Assembly (NCBI GenBank): GCA_013239625.1
Contig: MU054391.1
Location: 1,951,130-2,015,129 of the forward strand
Length of the DNA: 64,000 nt
Reading direction: 5' to 3'
Origin: Lama guanicoe
Taxonomy: Eukaryota
Shown: piece by piece, positions 22,170-35,639 of the stretch
Numbering within the stretch: the first letter of the stretch is position 1
Layout of the letters: each line of letters begins with the position of its first letter
Position numbers and translations under genes: made by a program
Notes under the pieces: generated by a model
Told to the model about the DNA's origin: nothing
What the model saw: only the letters and a program-made list of their open reading frames with translations
Database searches by the model: none

Positions 22170-24200
22170 ACTCCATTTGGGGTGTTGTCCATTTATACCC
22201 AATGTGATCTTCGATATGATTTTTTAAGTCTCTCATATTATTAACTTTGTTTTTTTTTTGCAGAGTGGGGTCTCATCTGGTTTTTGTTCCTGTTCTAGTT
22301 TTTTTTCCTACCATTTGAGTTAATCACATATGTTTTACCTACCACTTCAAATTCATTTAAATTTATTTTATCTTTTTTTAAAAAACATTTTAGGAGTTTG
22401 CTTTATGGATTACAGTACGTATATTTTATCACTGTTGACTTAGAATTAATATATTACTTTTTTTAAATATAGAAAACTTGCTCCTTTTCATGTTTACATC
22501 TAAGTATTTTCTCAAGTCTGCTGTAAGGGAATTTTTAAAGATCTTATTTTCCTTCTTTTGCTGTTGGAATGAGAAATAACATTTCTCTTCGCACAGTGGC
22601 CTCATATCTGTGGCCTTATTCGTTCCTGGGGTTGTTCTGAAAGTCCTTGTCCTACACAGACAGGCGTGGCAACGGCGGGAAAGGCTGCCTGCCTCCTGTC
22701 TGCCCAGGTGCCGCTGGTTTTTCTCGCCTCATTTCACTGGCCGGGGTCCCCAGCACAACTTCTGTGTTACAATACGAAGTACATGTACAAACGCTGTTGT
22801 TCCCTGCACAGTCTTTAAATTTTTGCTTTAAACGGTAATGTGCAATCTAAATAAATCACGAGAAAAAGAAAACCTATTTACAGTCTTTCATATTTACTGA
22901 CACACCTGCCGGACCTAGAGCTCTTCATTCGCTCGTGTGAACCTACGTCACCGTCGACCTGGTGCTGCTTCCTTAGGCCCAGAGAAGCTCCCTCGGTGTT
23001 TCTTATAGCTCAGGTCGTTCAGAGAAAAATTTAGTTTTCTTTTTTATCTGATATGTCTTTTTTTAATCCTTATTTTTCAAGGACGTTTTCCATTGGGCAT
23101 AGATTTCGGGATTAATTTTTTTTTAGCACTTCAAAAACACAGTTTCATTGTCTTCTGGCTCCATCATGTCTGATGAGAAAGTCAGCGTCATTTCTGCCAT
23201 TTATTCCCCGTGTGAAATGCATTGCTGCTCTCTAGGTGCAAAGTCTGGAAGAGTTTGCCTTTCACTTCAGGGTCTGGCAAGTGCGTGGTTTAGCAGGATT
23301 TATGATGGGGCCTAATTGCAGTCTCCTTCTTATTTACTTTGCTCATGTGCGCGTGGTCTTCTCCGCCATTTCCTACCTGCTCTCGCTCTTACTTTATTTA
23401 TTCCTCTCTTCTTCAGACTGCGCTACTCCTGTTTCCCCCCTGTTGCCCCCAGTTTGCTATTAAGCCCCCCGGCAGCGTCTCGTCCCCGATGCTGCGCGTC
23501 TTGCCCTGAGAGCGTCCGCGTGGCCTCCCCGATCGGTCGCGTTCCGTGAGTGCGCGTCCTCCGCGCCCTCGGGCTCATTTACAGGAGCGGCTCCGCGGCG
23601 CTTGCCGGCTCACGTCAGCGTTGGGGCATCTGGGTTTAGCCTCTGTTGACTTTCGTATTTCTTTCTGGTCTTGACTTGGGTCGCAGTTCCCTGTTTCTTT
23701 TCATGACTAGGGGTTGTTAAAACTGGAACCTGAACTTTAAGAAGGACACATTGTAGAGACTTCATTTCTGTTTCGCTGAAGCACATTGAATCAGCAGCAG
23801 CGAACTTGTCTGCGTGCAGACGCTCACCTCTCGGTCTTTCCCTCCGTTGGCAGCAGCTGAAGTTCACACTCAGTTCTTTCCATCTTCAGTTGCTGTGTGG
23901 TTGTGTGTGTGTGTGTGTGTGGGGGGGGGTCCCCTGGGGCCCCCCCTGCACATTTCAGGCGTCCACCAGTGGTTTGGGTGGAGTTTACGGCAGGTCTTGG
24001 TGCTCGCTCTCAGTGGCTCCCCCGCATCCAGCATTTCACCCTCACTTTCCAGATGCTCTGCTCTGGGCCACACATGGGTGGAAGGAGGCCCCGCAGGAAA
24101 AAGGTGCAAACTCACAAATCTCTCCGTTGCCTTCCTGTGTTTTCAATATGGCATCTCCTCCTGCTTTTGAGATATTTTGTCTAAGGTTTATTATTGCTTT
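22170..24200 (-). mobile_element. Old L1M 5'/ORF1-region relic, antisense
   Basis: tttttcaaggacgttttc..ttttagcacttcaaaaa..cattgtcttctggc..tctgatgagaaagtcagc, and cttgacttgggtcgcagttccctgtttcttttcatgactag. Confidence 0.7.
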
Positions 24201-24479
24201 CAGGGGGTCGTCCAGCAGCCTGCCCTCCACGGCTGCCTGCCAGCTGTCCCTCCTCCTGGACTGAAGACTAAGTTCTTGGCTTTGCATCGCTCCACTCGCG
24301 TTGCCCTGTGCTGTGGGCACAGCTGTCACACCCGTGCAGCAGCAGCGTTCACTGCTCCTCGGGCTCCGGGAGGGCTGTGTGACGTCTCCATGCTTAACAC
24401 AAGTCTATCAGGTCTGTGAAGTGTTAGAGCTGCAGCAGTCGTGCGTCCCTTCTTGACCAGCTGCGGTCAGTTCCACAAG

Positions 24480-24921
24480 GCCCCCCGAAGAGGCCCCGAA
24501 GCTGTGACTGTGCCCCACATGGTGAAGGTGCTGCCCAGCTGCAGCTGAGGTGGGCGATGACGATGACTGTGAGGTGGTCCCAGCGCAGTCACAAGGGTCC
24601 TTCTGAGAGGAAGGCAGAAGGGGCCGAGTGGAAAGGCCGTGTGACCAGGACGCAGAGGGGAGCATATCAGAAGGCGCTCTTCCTGACTCTGAAGGTGGAG
24701 GAAGGGCCAGGAGCCGTGGAGGACAGGTGCCCAGGGAAGACGGAGGAGGCGAGAGAGCAGTCTGCCCGGGCAGACAGCAGCCGCGCCGCCGACACGTCCG
24801 TGGGAGCCAGGGAGGCCCACGGCGGCCTCTGGTCTCCACGAATGCAAGACAGTAAACCTGCGGGCTTTGAGCCGCTGAGCTGGTGGCAGTTTTTCACGGC
24901 AGCAAGTAGCCAAGTAGCACA
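24480..24921 (+). mobile_element. MLT1D-like MaLR LTR
   Basis: cagtcacaagggtccttctgagaggaaggcagaagg..ctctgaaggtggaggaagggccaggagcc..tttgagccgctgagctggtggcagtttttcacggcagcaagtag. Confidence 0.8.
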
Positions 24922-25774
24922 CCCGCCAAGACGAACTCATCCATGGTATCCGTAACTCTCATCGCGTGAGAAAGCAGCGCACTGTGTAGACCTGCTCGTT
25001 GTCCAAGTGCCTGGAAGAGCTCCTCAGAGACGGGCGTTACTGCTGCTGTTTCCTGTATGTTCACGTCACTTTCTTACTAAAAATTACCACATTGTGAGTT
25101 TAGGCTTAAGTCAAAGGTAATAAAAGATGAGATCAGTGTTTTGAGAAGCTTCGCTGACGGCGAAGGACGTGCCTTCAGACGCCGTGTTGCGTGGTCCTCG
25201 GGTGCCCACCCGCTCCGTAGCGGCAGGCAGTGTATTTCTCATTTCTTCAGAAGGGGTCTGTGACTTGACCTTCATGATAACACAAGTGGAAGCTTATAAA
25301 CCACTTAATATTTCTTTGTGCTGTTTCTCCTGAGTTTCTGTTCACTTTGTAAACTATTTGTCATAAAGCCAGTGTTAGCATTTTTTCAGTGTCTAATTGG
25401 CAGAAGGGCTGTCTGCCCTCCTCAGGTTCGTGTGTCTGGGTGACAGTGGGTGACGAGTTTTGGCCAGCGCAACGTGAGGAAGGAAGAGGCCAGCTCCAGG
25501 CCGAGGGGCCGTGTCTGTCTCCCATTTGTGGTGACCTCGCAAACCACAGGCTCGGAGCGGGTGTCGAAGGCGGGGGGGACCTGGGTCCCTGCCTCCCTCC
25601 TGGGCACAAAGGCTGCCAGGAATGGCCACACTGCGCTTCCCACAGCGAGAGGGAACTGTCATCGTGTTACGCTGCTGACACCTGGGACTTAGAGCTGCCG
25701 CAGTCACCAGATTAGGTCAGAAAAGCTGGTTTCAGGGAATCCCAACGGCAGCTTGACGGTGACCCGGGGGCCCC

Positions 25775-25925
25775 ACAGGCTGGGCACTCAGCACCCGTTC
25801 TTCATTTCCCTGTAGCGTCCCTACGAGGCAAGTAGTTTGGCAGGAGCCCAAGGCTCGAACAAGGTAACGGATTTACCCGAGCTGACAGCAGAGCTGCTGG
25901 GACTGCGCTCCAAAGCCGGGCCAGG
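25775..25925 (-). mobile_element. MIR fragment
   Basis: ccctacgaggcaagta..gcccaaggctcgaacaaggtaacggatttacccgag..gcagagctgctgggactgcgctcca. Confidence 0.5.
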
Positions 25926-27369
25926 CGTCACGGTCCGCCGGCGTCACTGCAGCACTCCGTCCTTGAGGCTTCAGCTCCAGGGGCTGCCCCAGTGATCTGG
26001 TTCAGTGTCCTCTTTTTACGGAGGGACACAGGAAGCAAACAGCAGCACAGGGGGTTTCTAGGGCTTTTGTCGCGTGCACTAGCGCAGTGTTCAGCGATCA
26101 CTGGGTAACTCCCCAGACCCCGGAAGCCACGACAGCTGGCGGCCACCTGTTAAATGGCGACAAAAGCTATGGATCAAGCTTGCGTCTTTCCTCTGATGGA
26201 CAAAGTGTGTGGCCGTCCTCAGTCCTCCAGGGGCCCCATGGCCTGCGAACGAAGCCCCGTGGATTTCTGCAGGCAGAGCTGGCCCTGTTCCCCCTTAGAT
26301 GCTCAGGTGCGTGTGCTCTCGCGCTGCGCACAGAGCTGCCTCCTCCCTCGTCGCAGTCCGGTGCCCCTCGGCCACCGCTGTCAGAGGACACGCAACACTC
26401 CAGCGGCCGCTTTCCTGGGCGCCAGGCCTCCTTTGTCGCCTCCCTGCTGTTCCACAGTAGGCTCTGGGTGGTTATCACGTCTTATTTCTGTTCTGTAAAG
26501 AGTCTCGTGTGTAGAAGTGCATCCTTAATTGGCATCTTCGTGTTGGGGCTCGGGAAGCCAGCCGCCCCCCGTCTGCCCTTCCTGCAGTCTTGTCTCTGGC
26601 TGACCCGTCGCTGGCCATCCAGCTCTCGCCTCATCGGGAAAACCTGTCTCCTCTGCAGTTGGATTTTATTCTTAATTCAGAGCCCTTGGAGTTCACAGCC
26701 CCCTGGAAAACAATTTTCACAGTCCAGGAGCCCACTTATTATCCGAGCCGTATTCAAGGGATTTCAGCCCGTTAGCGAAATAAATGATTTTGTGGAAAAG
26801 GAGGAGAAAGATGCTACTCACAGAGCCCCCTCCGCTCCCACGCCCCCAGGTGCTCTCTGGTTGGGACGCAGCGTCCTCACGCTGTGGCTCCACGCCGACT
26901 GGCCACCGCGAGCACAAGTCAGGCCCCCACGACAGCCTCCTCCCCGCGGGGCCGTGAGCCTGTTCCCCAGGGGCCCCTTCGCGCTGACTCTAAGGACAGT
27001 CAGGTCCACCTCTTGGTAAATGATGGGATTTGTAAAAACCACATGATTTGCTTTAGAACAAACCTGTTTAAGATCATTATTATTTTCTAGAAAACTGCTG
27101 TTTGTTCCATAGCATTTCCCCCTCACCTATCACACTGTGCACTTTACAGGTGGATGGTGTTTAAGAGCAATAAAATGCCACATTCCCACTGGTTCAATAC
27201 ACTCACACACACACACACACACACTGTCACACAGTCCCTGCTTCGTGATGACCGGGGCGGCCACGTCAAGGCCAGCCCATTTTGAGGACAAGGATTTGAC
27301 TCACACCCTTAGTCTGTATAGAGTCCATGTCAGTGTCGTCAGCGCCGTCCCTCCAGGCTGTACAGTTAA

Positions 27370-27790
27370 GCTCATTTCCTGAACAGCAGGAAGAAGAGCA
27401 TGAAGAAAGGGCAGCACAAGGAGTTTGGATAGAGACGCGGGGCCTGTCTGCCGCCCCAGCAAGGACAGAGGCGGTCACTGAACACTGACTTCCTGGGGAA
27501 CCATCCGAGCCATGTGGCTCTGAGCAGGAGTTTCTACGCAGGACCCCTGGGTGGTGGGGGAGGAGGGCTGAGAGCGGCGCGCACAGGAGCGAAGCGTGGC
27601 CTCGGAGGATGAGAACGCGGAGGAAGATGCCGATGAGAGAGAGGCTCTGGGGTTAGAACACGTGGAGTTTGGAGGAGGAGGATGAGCGGGGGGCGGGGGG
27701 ACACGTCAAAGGCGTGCCTCGGGTCTCGTGCTTGGTGACTGAGACGGCTTTGATGGCCGGCGGCCCTGTGGGCGCTCGGAACCCCCTGCT
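27370..27790 (-). mobile_element. L2 relic (antisense, purine-rich)
   Basis: ggagtttggaggaggagg..gtcaaaggcgtgcctcgggtctcgtgcttggtgactgag resembles antisense L2. Confidence 0.45.
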
Positions 27791-28458
27791 GGAGCAGCCG
27801 CGGGGAGCGCCGAGCTGTCTCCTGCTGCTTTGTTTCTTGGTGCTTTTAAAAACATGTTTTTGAGTTTCTTATTTGTAAACAATTTTGCACATTTAAAAAT
27901 ATTCTTTCTGATGTGTGTTCACCTCCCAGGGCATTTGTCAGAGCACAGGATCCTCCCCGGGGAAGTTTTAGACTCTTCCCCGCCAGACTGGCGGAGCGGC
28001 AGGTCGCGGGGAGGGCTGCCGACACTCAGATCGCCCTTCTGAGGGCAGCCAGCTAAGGGGCGGGTCCGAAGTTGGAGGTGGTTGTGACGCGTAGATCACC
28101 GAGATCTACGCATTTCAGGCATCCTAGAAGGCACAGCAAGATGCTTTCAGACTAAAGGAGCTTTGAGGAGACAAGGAGAAAAGGATGTGTTTGGAGAAAT
28201 GCTGGCCCCATGAACGAGGAAGCTAGTGTGAGGGAAAAGTTTTTAAAAAATTGGTATATAACAAAACTGAGGCAAAGTGAGACAGAGAGAGCAAAACAGA
28301 AAGTGTGAAAGGAGTTGATGAAAGCGGCATGAGAGCACCCTCGAGCCGTGTTCTCCTGGGAGCAGGGGGAGCGCGACGCGCCCTGAGTGTGCCCTCGCCG
28401 CATCCACGGCCGTGCGGAGGCGCCCTGCTTGGAGAACATACTCTCTAGGAATGAGAAA

Positions 28459-28700
28459 CCATTCATTCATTCTCTCGTTCCTTCATTCACTCAAGTCCCC
28501 TCTCCCCCTGCTCAACAGCTGCTCGGAGCACTTTTGTCTTTGGATACGACCTGTGAGTCCCTTACGTGTCAGTCTTTCCCCCGGTAGTGACAGGCCAGTC
28601 TCTCCGCATCCTGTTCCATCAGAAGGCCTTCCTGAGTGAATGGGCTCCTCTTAGGAGCAAGGAGTTGGAGGCACAGGGGGAGAAACCTCCCCACGAGCGT
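28459..28700 (-). mobile_element. L2 3' end (antisense)
   Basis: (ttca)n tail cattcattcatt..ttcattcactcaa followed by ctcaacagctgctcggagcact. Confidence 0.45.
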
Positions 28701-28779
28701 CTCTGCATCAGGGGCAGTGGACAAACACGCCAGGCTGAACGGCGGCGGGGCCGCTGCCAGGGGTCCTGGGCGGAGAACC

Positions 28780-28950
28780 TGAGGTCAGGCTGACTCAGTT
28801 TCAGATCCAAGTCCCAGCTCGGTAAACTGCATAAACGTGAAGTGGCCTGGAACTCAGACATCACGTCTGCAAAACCGAGTGGTAATCTCTACTTTGGGGG
28901 AGAGATAAGGATAAAGCGATGTACGGCTAACCGCGTGAGAAAGCAGCAAG
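28780..28950 (+). mobile_element. MIR fragment
   Basis: ggtcaggctgactcagtttcagatccaagtcccagctc..tctgcaaaaccgagtggtaat..aggataaagcga. Confidence 0.55.
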
Positions 28951-30659
28951 TAGGGGCGTCAGACAGGTAACCCTCCCAGACACACAGCGCTGCCCGCGAA
29001 GCGGGGAATGGGGACCAGGCTCAGGCACGCGCCCCTCGTCTGCCTAATGCCGCCTGTCTGTCCTGCGTCCTGGCGGTGTCCCTGCGGGCTCTCTAAGTGC
29101 TGCGTTCTAGAGGGGCTCAGCCGTCCAGACGGCTTATAAAGCGGGAGTGGAACTGGTCTCTGTGTCCACCGATGTTGACCCCACTTGTCTTTTGTCCAAA
29201 CCCCCTGAGATGCAGGTCCGTGTCCGTGTGGATTGCAACCACCTTTGCGCGGTGCCGAGAGCAAAGCCGCTGCCCATCTGACCCAGCTGTGATTAGCTAA
29301 TCGGCTTCATCGCTCACCATCTTCAACTTCCTTTGTTTTCTTTAAGTGACGTATTGCGTTCTCGGGCCTTGGCAGGGTGCCAACCCAGCTGACATCATCT
29401 GAGAAGGTCTGTGGTTACACCCGACATCGGAGCTGCCCGGGACGTCCCCCAGGCGCTCTGTAAACAGCAGCCCGCGTTCGGCGCCTGCCAGGAAGGGCAA
29501 TGCTCCCTCCAGCGAGGGAGCGGGGGCTCCGGCTGTTCCATCCTGAACTGGAAATGGATATTTCAACAAATTAAGGGGCGAGAATGGGGGGCCTGAGGTT
29601 TGGGGCTCGCAGGTCCTGCTGCTGATTTGGTCACTAACTACATTTATGTTTTTGTGTCTCTCCTCAGAGGCTGCTGTGATAGACACTTACAAAAATTCAA
29701 AATAAAAATAGAATATGTTATGCCCAAGGCATTTTTTTGTTTTGATTTTTTAAAAAATGCATATGCAATCTCGGAGCAATTTTATCTATGTGTTTTAGAT
29801 TCGTTTACACTGAAATTATTAGTGTTTCGTAGTGAGTTCCCCCTGATGTCCTTAAAACCTGTCGTGAGTTTGTTTATAAAAATCCTCTTTCTCCTTCCTA
29901 CAAACACAGTGTCACGGTTTTCTGGAGGCAAATGAAATGCATCCTGAGAGCTGGGGGTGTTCACAGAAATTTTCAGAGTCCTGCATTCTGATTAGGGATA
30001 AATTTAGCCCTGGCCGGTGAGCTCACCCGCAGGCAGGTGCCCGCCACTCCCCGCCGCGTGGGCAGGTCATCCTCCCCAGACCCCACGTCTGCAGAGAGGT
30101 GACCCCGCTCCTAGACATGGTTTAGAACCTCTGCTCTGCATCTCCCGCCGCCAGGTTTTCCTCCTGCTGAAGGGAGCGACCTTGCCTCCTCCTGTCTCTT
30201 CTCCCTTCCCTTTCCCTTGACTCCTTCTCTGTTTCCCGTCCCTGCAGGAGGTCACTCAGGCACGGATGCCCCCAGGTCTGCTGGTGGGACATGTGAAAGC
30301 CACCGGGAGCCACAGAGGTGAGGGAAAGAAGCCACGCCCAGTGGCGGGTGTTGAGGTTGGTACCACGTGGGCAATATCTAAACGCAGGCGCATCGGTTAG
30401 GAAGCCCCCGGAGCAGAAGACTCAGCGTGTAAGCATGTACTGCTGCTGCTTCTGCAAGATGGAAACAGACACCGGGCCCTCGCGCAAACGGGCAGAGTCA
30501 CGCTTTCCGGAGCGGAGTGTGACCTGGTGGGTGCTGTGGAGGGTCTAGTGCCTCCAGGGTGGCGATGGCCTCTGGGAAGGTGTCCTGAGGACACAGTGTC
30601 AGTTCCTCCGCTCCGCCAGCCGCCCGCGCTCCGGGGTGGTGACGAGCCTGTCTCCGAAG

Positions 30660-31000
30660 CCAGCAGCTCAGGTCTCCGCTCCCGCTCAGGTGGGGTGTGC
30701 AGCCCGGGGAAGCTCCTCCCGGAGCCGCTGCCTCTGTGTCCTCACCTGTGAAGCGGGGAGGACAGCAGTGACATCCTCCCCACGGGGCAGGTGACAGCCG
30801 GCGAGCACCGCAGAGACGGCACATGACGGGCGCTCAGCAGACGTCACTGTGCCTCTTGGTCGTCGCTCTCAGCTTCAGCTTCTTATTTAGGGAATATGAG
30901 CAATAATAACTTTTACCCAATAAGATTATTGTGGCCTTTAAATGAGATCATGCTTGGAAAGCATGGTGTGAGGCGCACAGTAAACACGATAAATGCTGCT
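30660..31000 (+). mobile_element. Two adjacent MIR fragments
   Basis: ctgcctctgtgtcctcacctgtgaagcggggaggacagcagt, then tcagcttcagcttctt..aataataac..gattattgtggcctttaaatgagatcatgc..gcacagtaaac. Confidence 0.6.
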
Positions 31001-31159
31001 GTCTACTCCATTTGGGCAAAACCTTCTGAACAAAACACTCACCGTGTACTATTTCTGCTGGCAAAAAATTAAAAAATCTAGAGAAATCTGGCCATTTCAT
31101 CTGGTTGCTGTTTGGAAGGTGAAATGATGTTTACAATGAGTGTTCATTAACACTGGGGA

Positions 31160-31355
31160 GAAACTAACCACTACACATCAAACAGATAAACAACAGGTCC
31201 TGCTGTGCAGCTAGGGGGGTACACTCAATTCCTTGCAATGGCCTATGATGGAAAAGAGTGTGGAAAGGAGTTTATGTGTGTGTATGTCTGACTGAGTCGC
31301 TGTGCTGAACACCGGAAACTAACACAACGCTGTAGACCGACTCTAGTTCAATAAG
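31160..31355 (+). mobile_element. Short L1 3'UTR end (cetartiodactyl type)
   Basis: ctacacatcaaacagataaacaacaggtcctgctgtgcagc..gctgaacaccggaaactaacacaacgctgtag..gttcaataa. Homologous to the copies at 53281 and 60310. Confidence 0.85.
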
Positions 31356-32599
31356 CAGTAATGCTGGGAACAGCTAGGGTAAGACTATTAAATTTAAGAA
31401 AGACCAATCTCAAGGTCTCACCTGAGAAAACCTACACACTGGGGACAGAAGGCTGGAAGAACACGCCCATAGACTTACGAGTGCCTGCCTTTGTGTGGCG
31501 GGATGGAGAGTGTGTTTTTCAGGCTTTTTATGTTTGTATTTTTAAATGATTTTTTATGGTGAGAAAAGATTCCTTTCAGAAACTGGGGGCGGGTCAATCC
31601 TTTTACAAAAGATCTTTACGTATTTTTTAAGCCTGGGTTTTATGAGATATTTTTCTTTTGTAGATCCTTCAATGGCATTGTGGTAATTGGAAAAACTGGG
31701 CCATGATAAGTAATTTTATGATGACTGTCTAATATCAATTCGAGTAGTAAATGGGAGCATAAGGAGAGCATTATCCACCCTCAGATCAGGGCGCTTGTCC
31801 ACACACACCGTGATTAAAATTTAATAATTTATTAAGCATAGAGACCGGCACATTCACTCTCAATAAATATTTATTAAATAAATGAATAATTGCATTAAAA
31901 ATGAAGTTGGTCATTGCAAGAATTTAATCCCTGCAATGTTATCTGAGATCAAAAGAGGAAAGCGCCGAGTCGGCTGTTTCTGCACAAAGAGCTCTGGGTC
32001 CGAGGCCGGCGTCTGTGGACACCACACGCCTGACGCTCTGCCTCCGCGCGGGGCCGTGACTTGTCTGCACTGTTCCAGTGTGTCTTTTCTGTCTCTGCGG
32101 CTCTAAGCGGTCTGCATGCGTGATGGAGATGACCTACACTTGTTTCACACGCGTGCACATGTAGTTGGCATATTTAACACCAAGAAGTCTTGTCTTCCAC
32201 CACAGCCAGAATGAAGAGCAAACAGTTTCTAAGAGCTGAATGGCTGGGGAGGCCCGTGGGTCCTGCACCCTCCTCACCCCCCTCCTCCCCTCCGGTCTTC
32301 ACCTTCAGTCCTCACCTTGGGTCCTCACCCCCCTTCCTCCCCTCCTCGCGGCTCCCAGCGCCGCGGTGGCTGGACATCCTGGGCTGACACAGCTCCCAGG
32401 AAGTGCCGCCTTCCCTTCTCCTCCTTCAAGATGCGGTCACACCTGTCCCTCTGAATCCTGCCCTCCCTCCCCCAAACCTGTCCCTCCTCCCACCTCTTAT
32501 GTCTTTTAAGGAAGGTAAGAGAAGCAATATATTTGTAGAGCCTTTTATATGAACTCTCCCCTGTTTGTAATTTCCAATTCTCTTCATTTTTGCCCTGTG

Positions 32600-34185
32600 A
32601 ATTCAAGTTAACATCTTACATTCTTCTCGGCTTGCAAGGCTGCCTTTAACAGTTCTTATAAGGCACGTCTGCTACTCACATTCTCCCAGCCTTTCTTTGT
32701 GGGCACACGTCTTTATTTCACTTTCAGTTTTGAAGGGCAGCTTCACTGATACATGGACTTCCTGCTGAGCATCCTTCTCTAAGCCCTTCGGAGCATCATT
32801 CTGTTGCTTTCTGGCCTCCACGGCTTCAGCTGACCAGTCGGCCATGTTCAGCCAACACCTCTGTGTGTATGCGATGAGGCGTGCTTCTGTTCAGTGCTCT
32901 CAAGATTTTCTCTTCGCTTTGGCTCTGCACGGCTTGACTGTGATGTAGGTAGACGCGGATCTCTTTGGGTTTTTCTACATGGGTTTCAGTGAACCACTTG
33001 GATCTGTAGGTTAGTGGTTTTCACAGAACTGGGGATGATTCCAGCCATCACTTCATTGCCTTTCTTCCCCTTTATCACTCCTTCTGGAGCTCCTGTTGCA
33101 TGTGCTCGCCTCCCTGACGTCCCGTAGTACTTTCTGCAGCTAATTGTTCTTAATTTTTTCCGTGTTTTACTCTGTTGTTAGGTTGAATTATTTCCATCGA
33201 TTCTTGTTCTCTTTCGCAGTTTCTCTCTCCTACTGTCTCACATCCACTGCATGTCAAGCCCACCCTGCAAAGCTTCCACTTCAATCGCTGTCCTTTGTGA
33301 CGTCAAAATTTCCATCGCCCTTTTTGGTAGTTACAGATTTTTATTGAGAGTCCCTATTTGTGCAGTCATTTTCATCATATTTTATTTAACTCTTTAAATA
33401 TAGTTTCCAAAATTTGAGTATTTTTAGACGCTCTGAAGTTCTTTATCTGCTAAATCCAGCGTCTGGACCCACTCACAGTTTCTACTGACTGCTTCCCCAC
33501 TGTCTCCTGAATACGAGTCACACTTCCCTGGTTTTGCAAGCCTCATAATTTTTGGTTGAAGACGAGACATTTCAGATAACGAGTTCTTGCAACTCTGAAT
33601 TTTTTCCCTGAGGGTTATTGTTGCTTCTATTTTTTGTTTTGTTGTATTTATAATAACTTGCCTAGATTTGATCTCCCCGTGATCTGGAGCTGGTGGGATC
33701 TCTGCTCGTTTTGTTTTTGATTCTTAGTTTTATGTTGTGCTCTGGATTCTCAGAGGGCAGTCCCAGGTGTGCACAGTTCACTTCTCAGTGGTGACTGTTT
33801 GAAGTTTGCGCTCGACCTCTTTGTGCCAATACGCTTTCTTCCCTCTGCTGCTGGATCTGTACGTAGGCAGAGGCGATTTCAAAGTATGCCAGGGCTTCCT
33901 CCTTGTGCCAGGCCCTCCCGCCCCTGCCCAGGCAGCCCCACGACCATCACTGGGCTGGCGGGAGGGTGCGGGCGGCCCGGGGCAGGACCACTGCAGGCGC
34001 CCCCCAATGTGACCCACAGCTCAGCAGCTTTCCACGAGTAGACACTCCTCCACTCGCTGTCTGCTTTAGGTTAGTACTGAGAACCCTTAAAATGGTTGTT
34101 CTGGTATTTTTGTCCAGTTTAGTATCTGTGTTTTAGGGGAAGAGGATCTGCTGACCTCTTCATTCTGACAAAACTTCAAGTCCCT
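32600..34185 (-). mobile_element. Old L1M 5'/ORF1-region relic, antisense
   Basis: gtctttatttcactttcagttttgaagg..ctttctggcctcca..ctctcaagattttctcttcgctttggc..cttggatctgtaggtt..tatttttgtccagttt. Confidence 0.75.
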
Positions 34186-35639
34186 AATTTTGTCTATGTT
34201 TACAAAATGTATTAGCATAGAAGTTACAGTTAGGGAAAAGGCAAAGTGAGAAAGGCCTGTGGAGGAAGGAGGGATGCAAGAGTGCCGCGGCGCGCTTCCC
34301 TGGGGCCTTCCGACTCTCTCTGCCTTCACTCCGCACAGCTGTCCTTTTGCAGAGGGGCTGCTCCTGTGCGGATATGCCCTTTTCTTCTGAGCGCCCCGAG
34401 TCCAGGAGCAGGTAGGAGCCCTGCATCCCACTGGCATGACTCCATCCTAACCCCCTCAGGCGTGGAAAAGAAGCCGCCAGGAATTGGTGACAAAATCATC
34501 CTTATTACATTCTCCACTCCAATCTCATTTGAATTCGGATTGCAAAGCTGAAGCTACAAATGTCTTTTCCTTCAGCTTTAACCCTAGTTTGCACAGCAGC
34601 AGCGAGCGGCTTGGGAGCAAACCATCTCCAAGTGTTCAGGAGACGTATCAGGCTGAGATGCCTAAGACAGTCTCCCCCCTCTCTCTTCCTTCTGTCCTCA
34701 CTCAGCCCATGATAGGTGTTCACGCTGTTGGACCACAGGGTGTGCGGTGGGGCCAGACGCACACACACAAAATGAACGGCATCTCACAAGCGAAGTGGGC
34801 TCGTTCAACGGTCATCTGCACGACGTTCATCTTCTACGGCAGCCCAATTCCCAGATGAAAGGGGGGTCACTGAAACGGGCCAGGTCCATCTTTCAACTTC
34901 TTGTCAGAATCCATCCTGGGGACCCAATTTTCTGGTTTGTTCCTTTCTTCCTTCTCTCTTTGTTTCAAATTTGAGCATTTAGTTTCGAACACTTCATTAC
35001 GAACAATTTAGCTTTTGAAGATCTCAGCTGCAGACTGTCTTCTGTAAGGTTTTATTCTTGCCTTTGGGTGACATGTTTAATTCCCTCATTGAGAAAAGTT
35101 GAGGGAAGAGAGGCTCCTTTCTGCTATACAAATCTTTGTAGCACAGTGCATTAAAGATAAAAAAGAGAAGGAAAAGGAAAGAGCCGTGGCCAGCAGGAAG
35201 CTAGGGATTTGCCTAAGCCCCGAGGACTGGGGCAAGTGCTGGGCAGTTACTCAGAGTCACGTGCATGTTTCAGACACATAAGATACGGAGCAATGGGGAG
35301 ACACGAGCCTCGTATTTCAAGCAGCTTTTATTCCAGTCTCTATTTCTCCCCCCACATTTAAACAGTTTTTTTTAACTTGTAGGGAAACTGTTCACTTTAG
35401 CATGTGTAATACACAAGGAAGGAGCCGGAGGGTGAGGCTTTCCTGCAGGTTTAGCTGATTAATCAGGGCAGAGGAATCACAGTTGGTGGGGACAGAAAGG
35501 ACTTACTGGATGAACCACTCATGCATGCGCAAGAGCATTTTACAGGAAGTCAGGGACGCAGGCACTGATGTACACACTGCACAACAGGAAACGCATTCTG
35601 GGTGCACGTGGAATTAAACAGGCAATCTTTGATTTCTGT

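Noticed and set aside
26087..27019. Longest ORF (310 aa)
   Set aside because: Non-ATG start, no recognisable domain, and S/P/R/L-rich composition typical of chance ORFs in GC-rich DNA.
28089..28111. Perfect 9-bp hairpin gcgtagatc-accga-gatctacgc
   Set aside because: One or a few 9-bp stems are expected by chance in 64 kb, and there is no other support.
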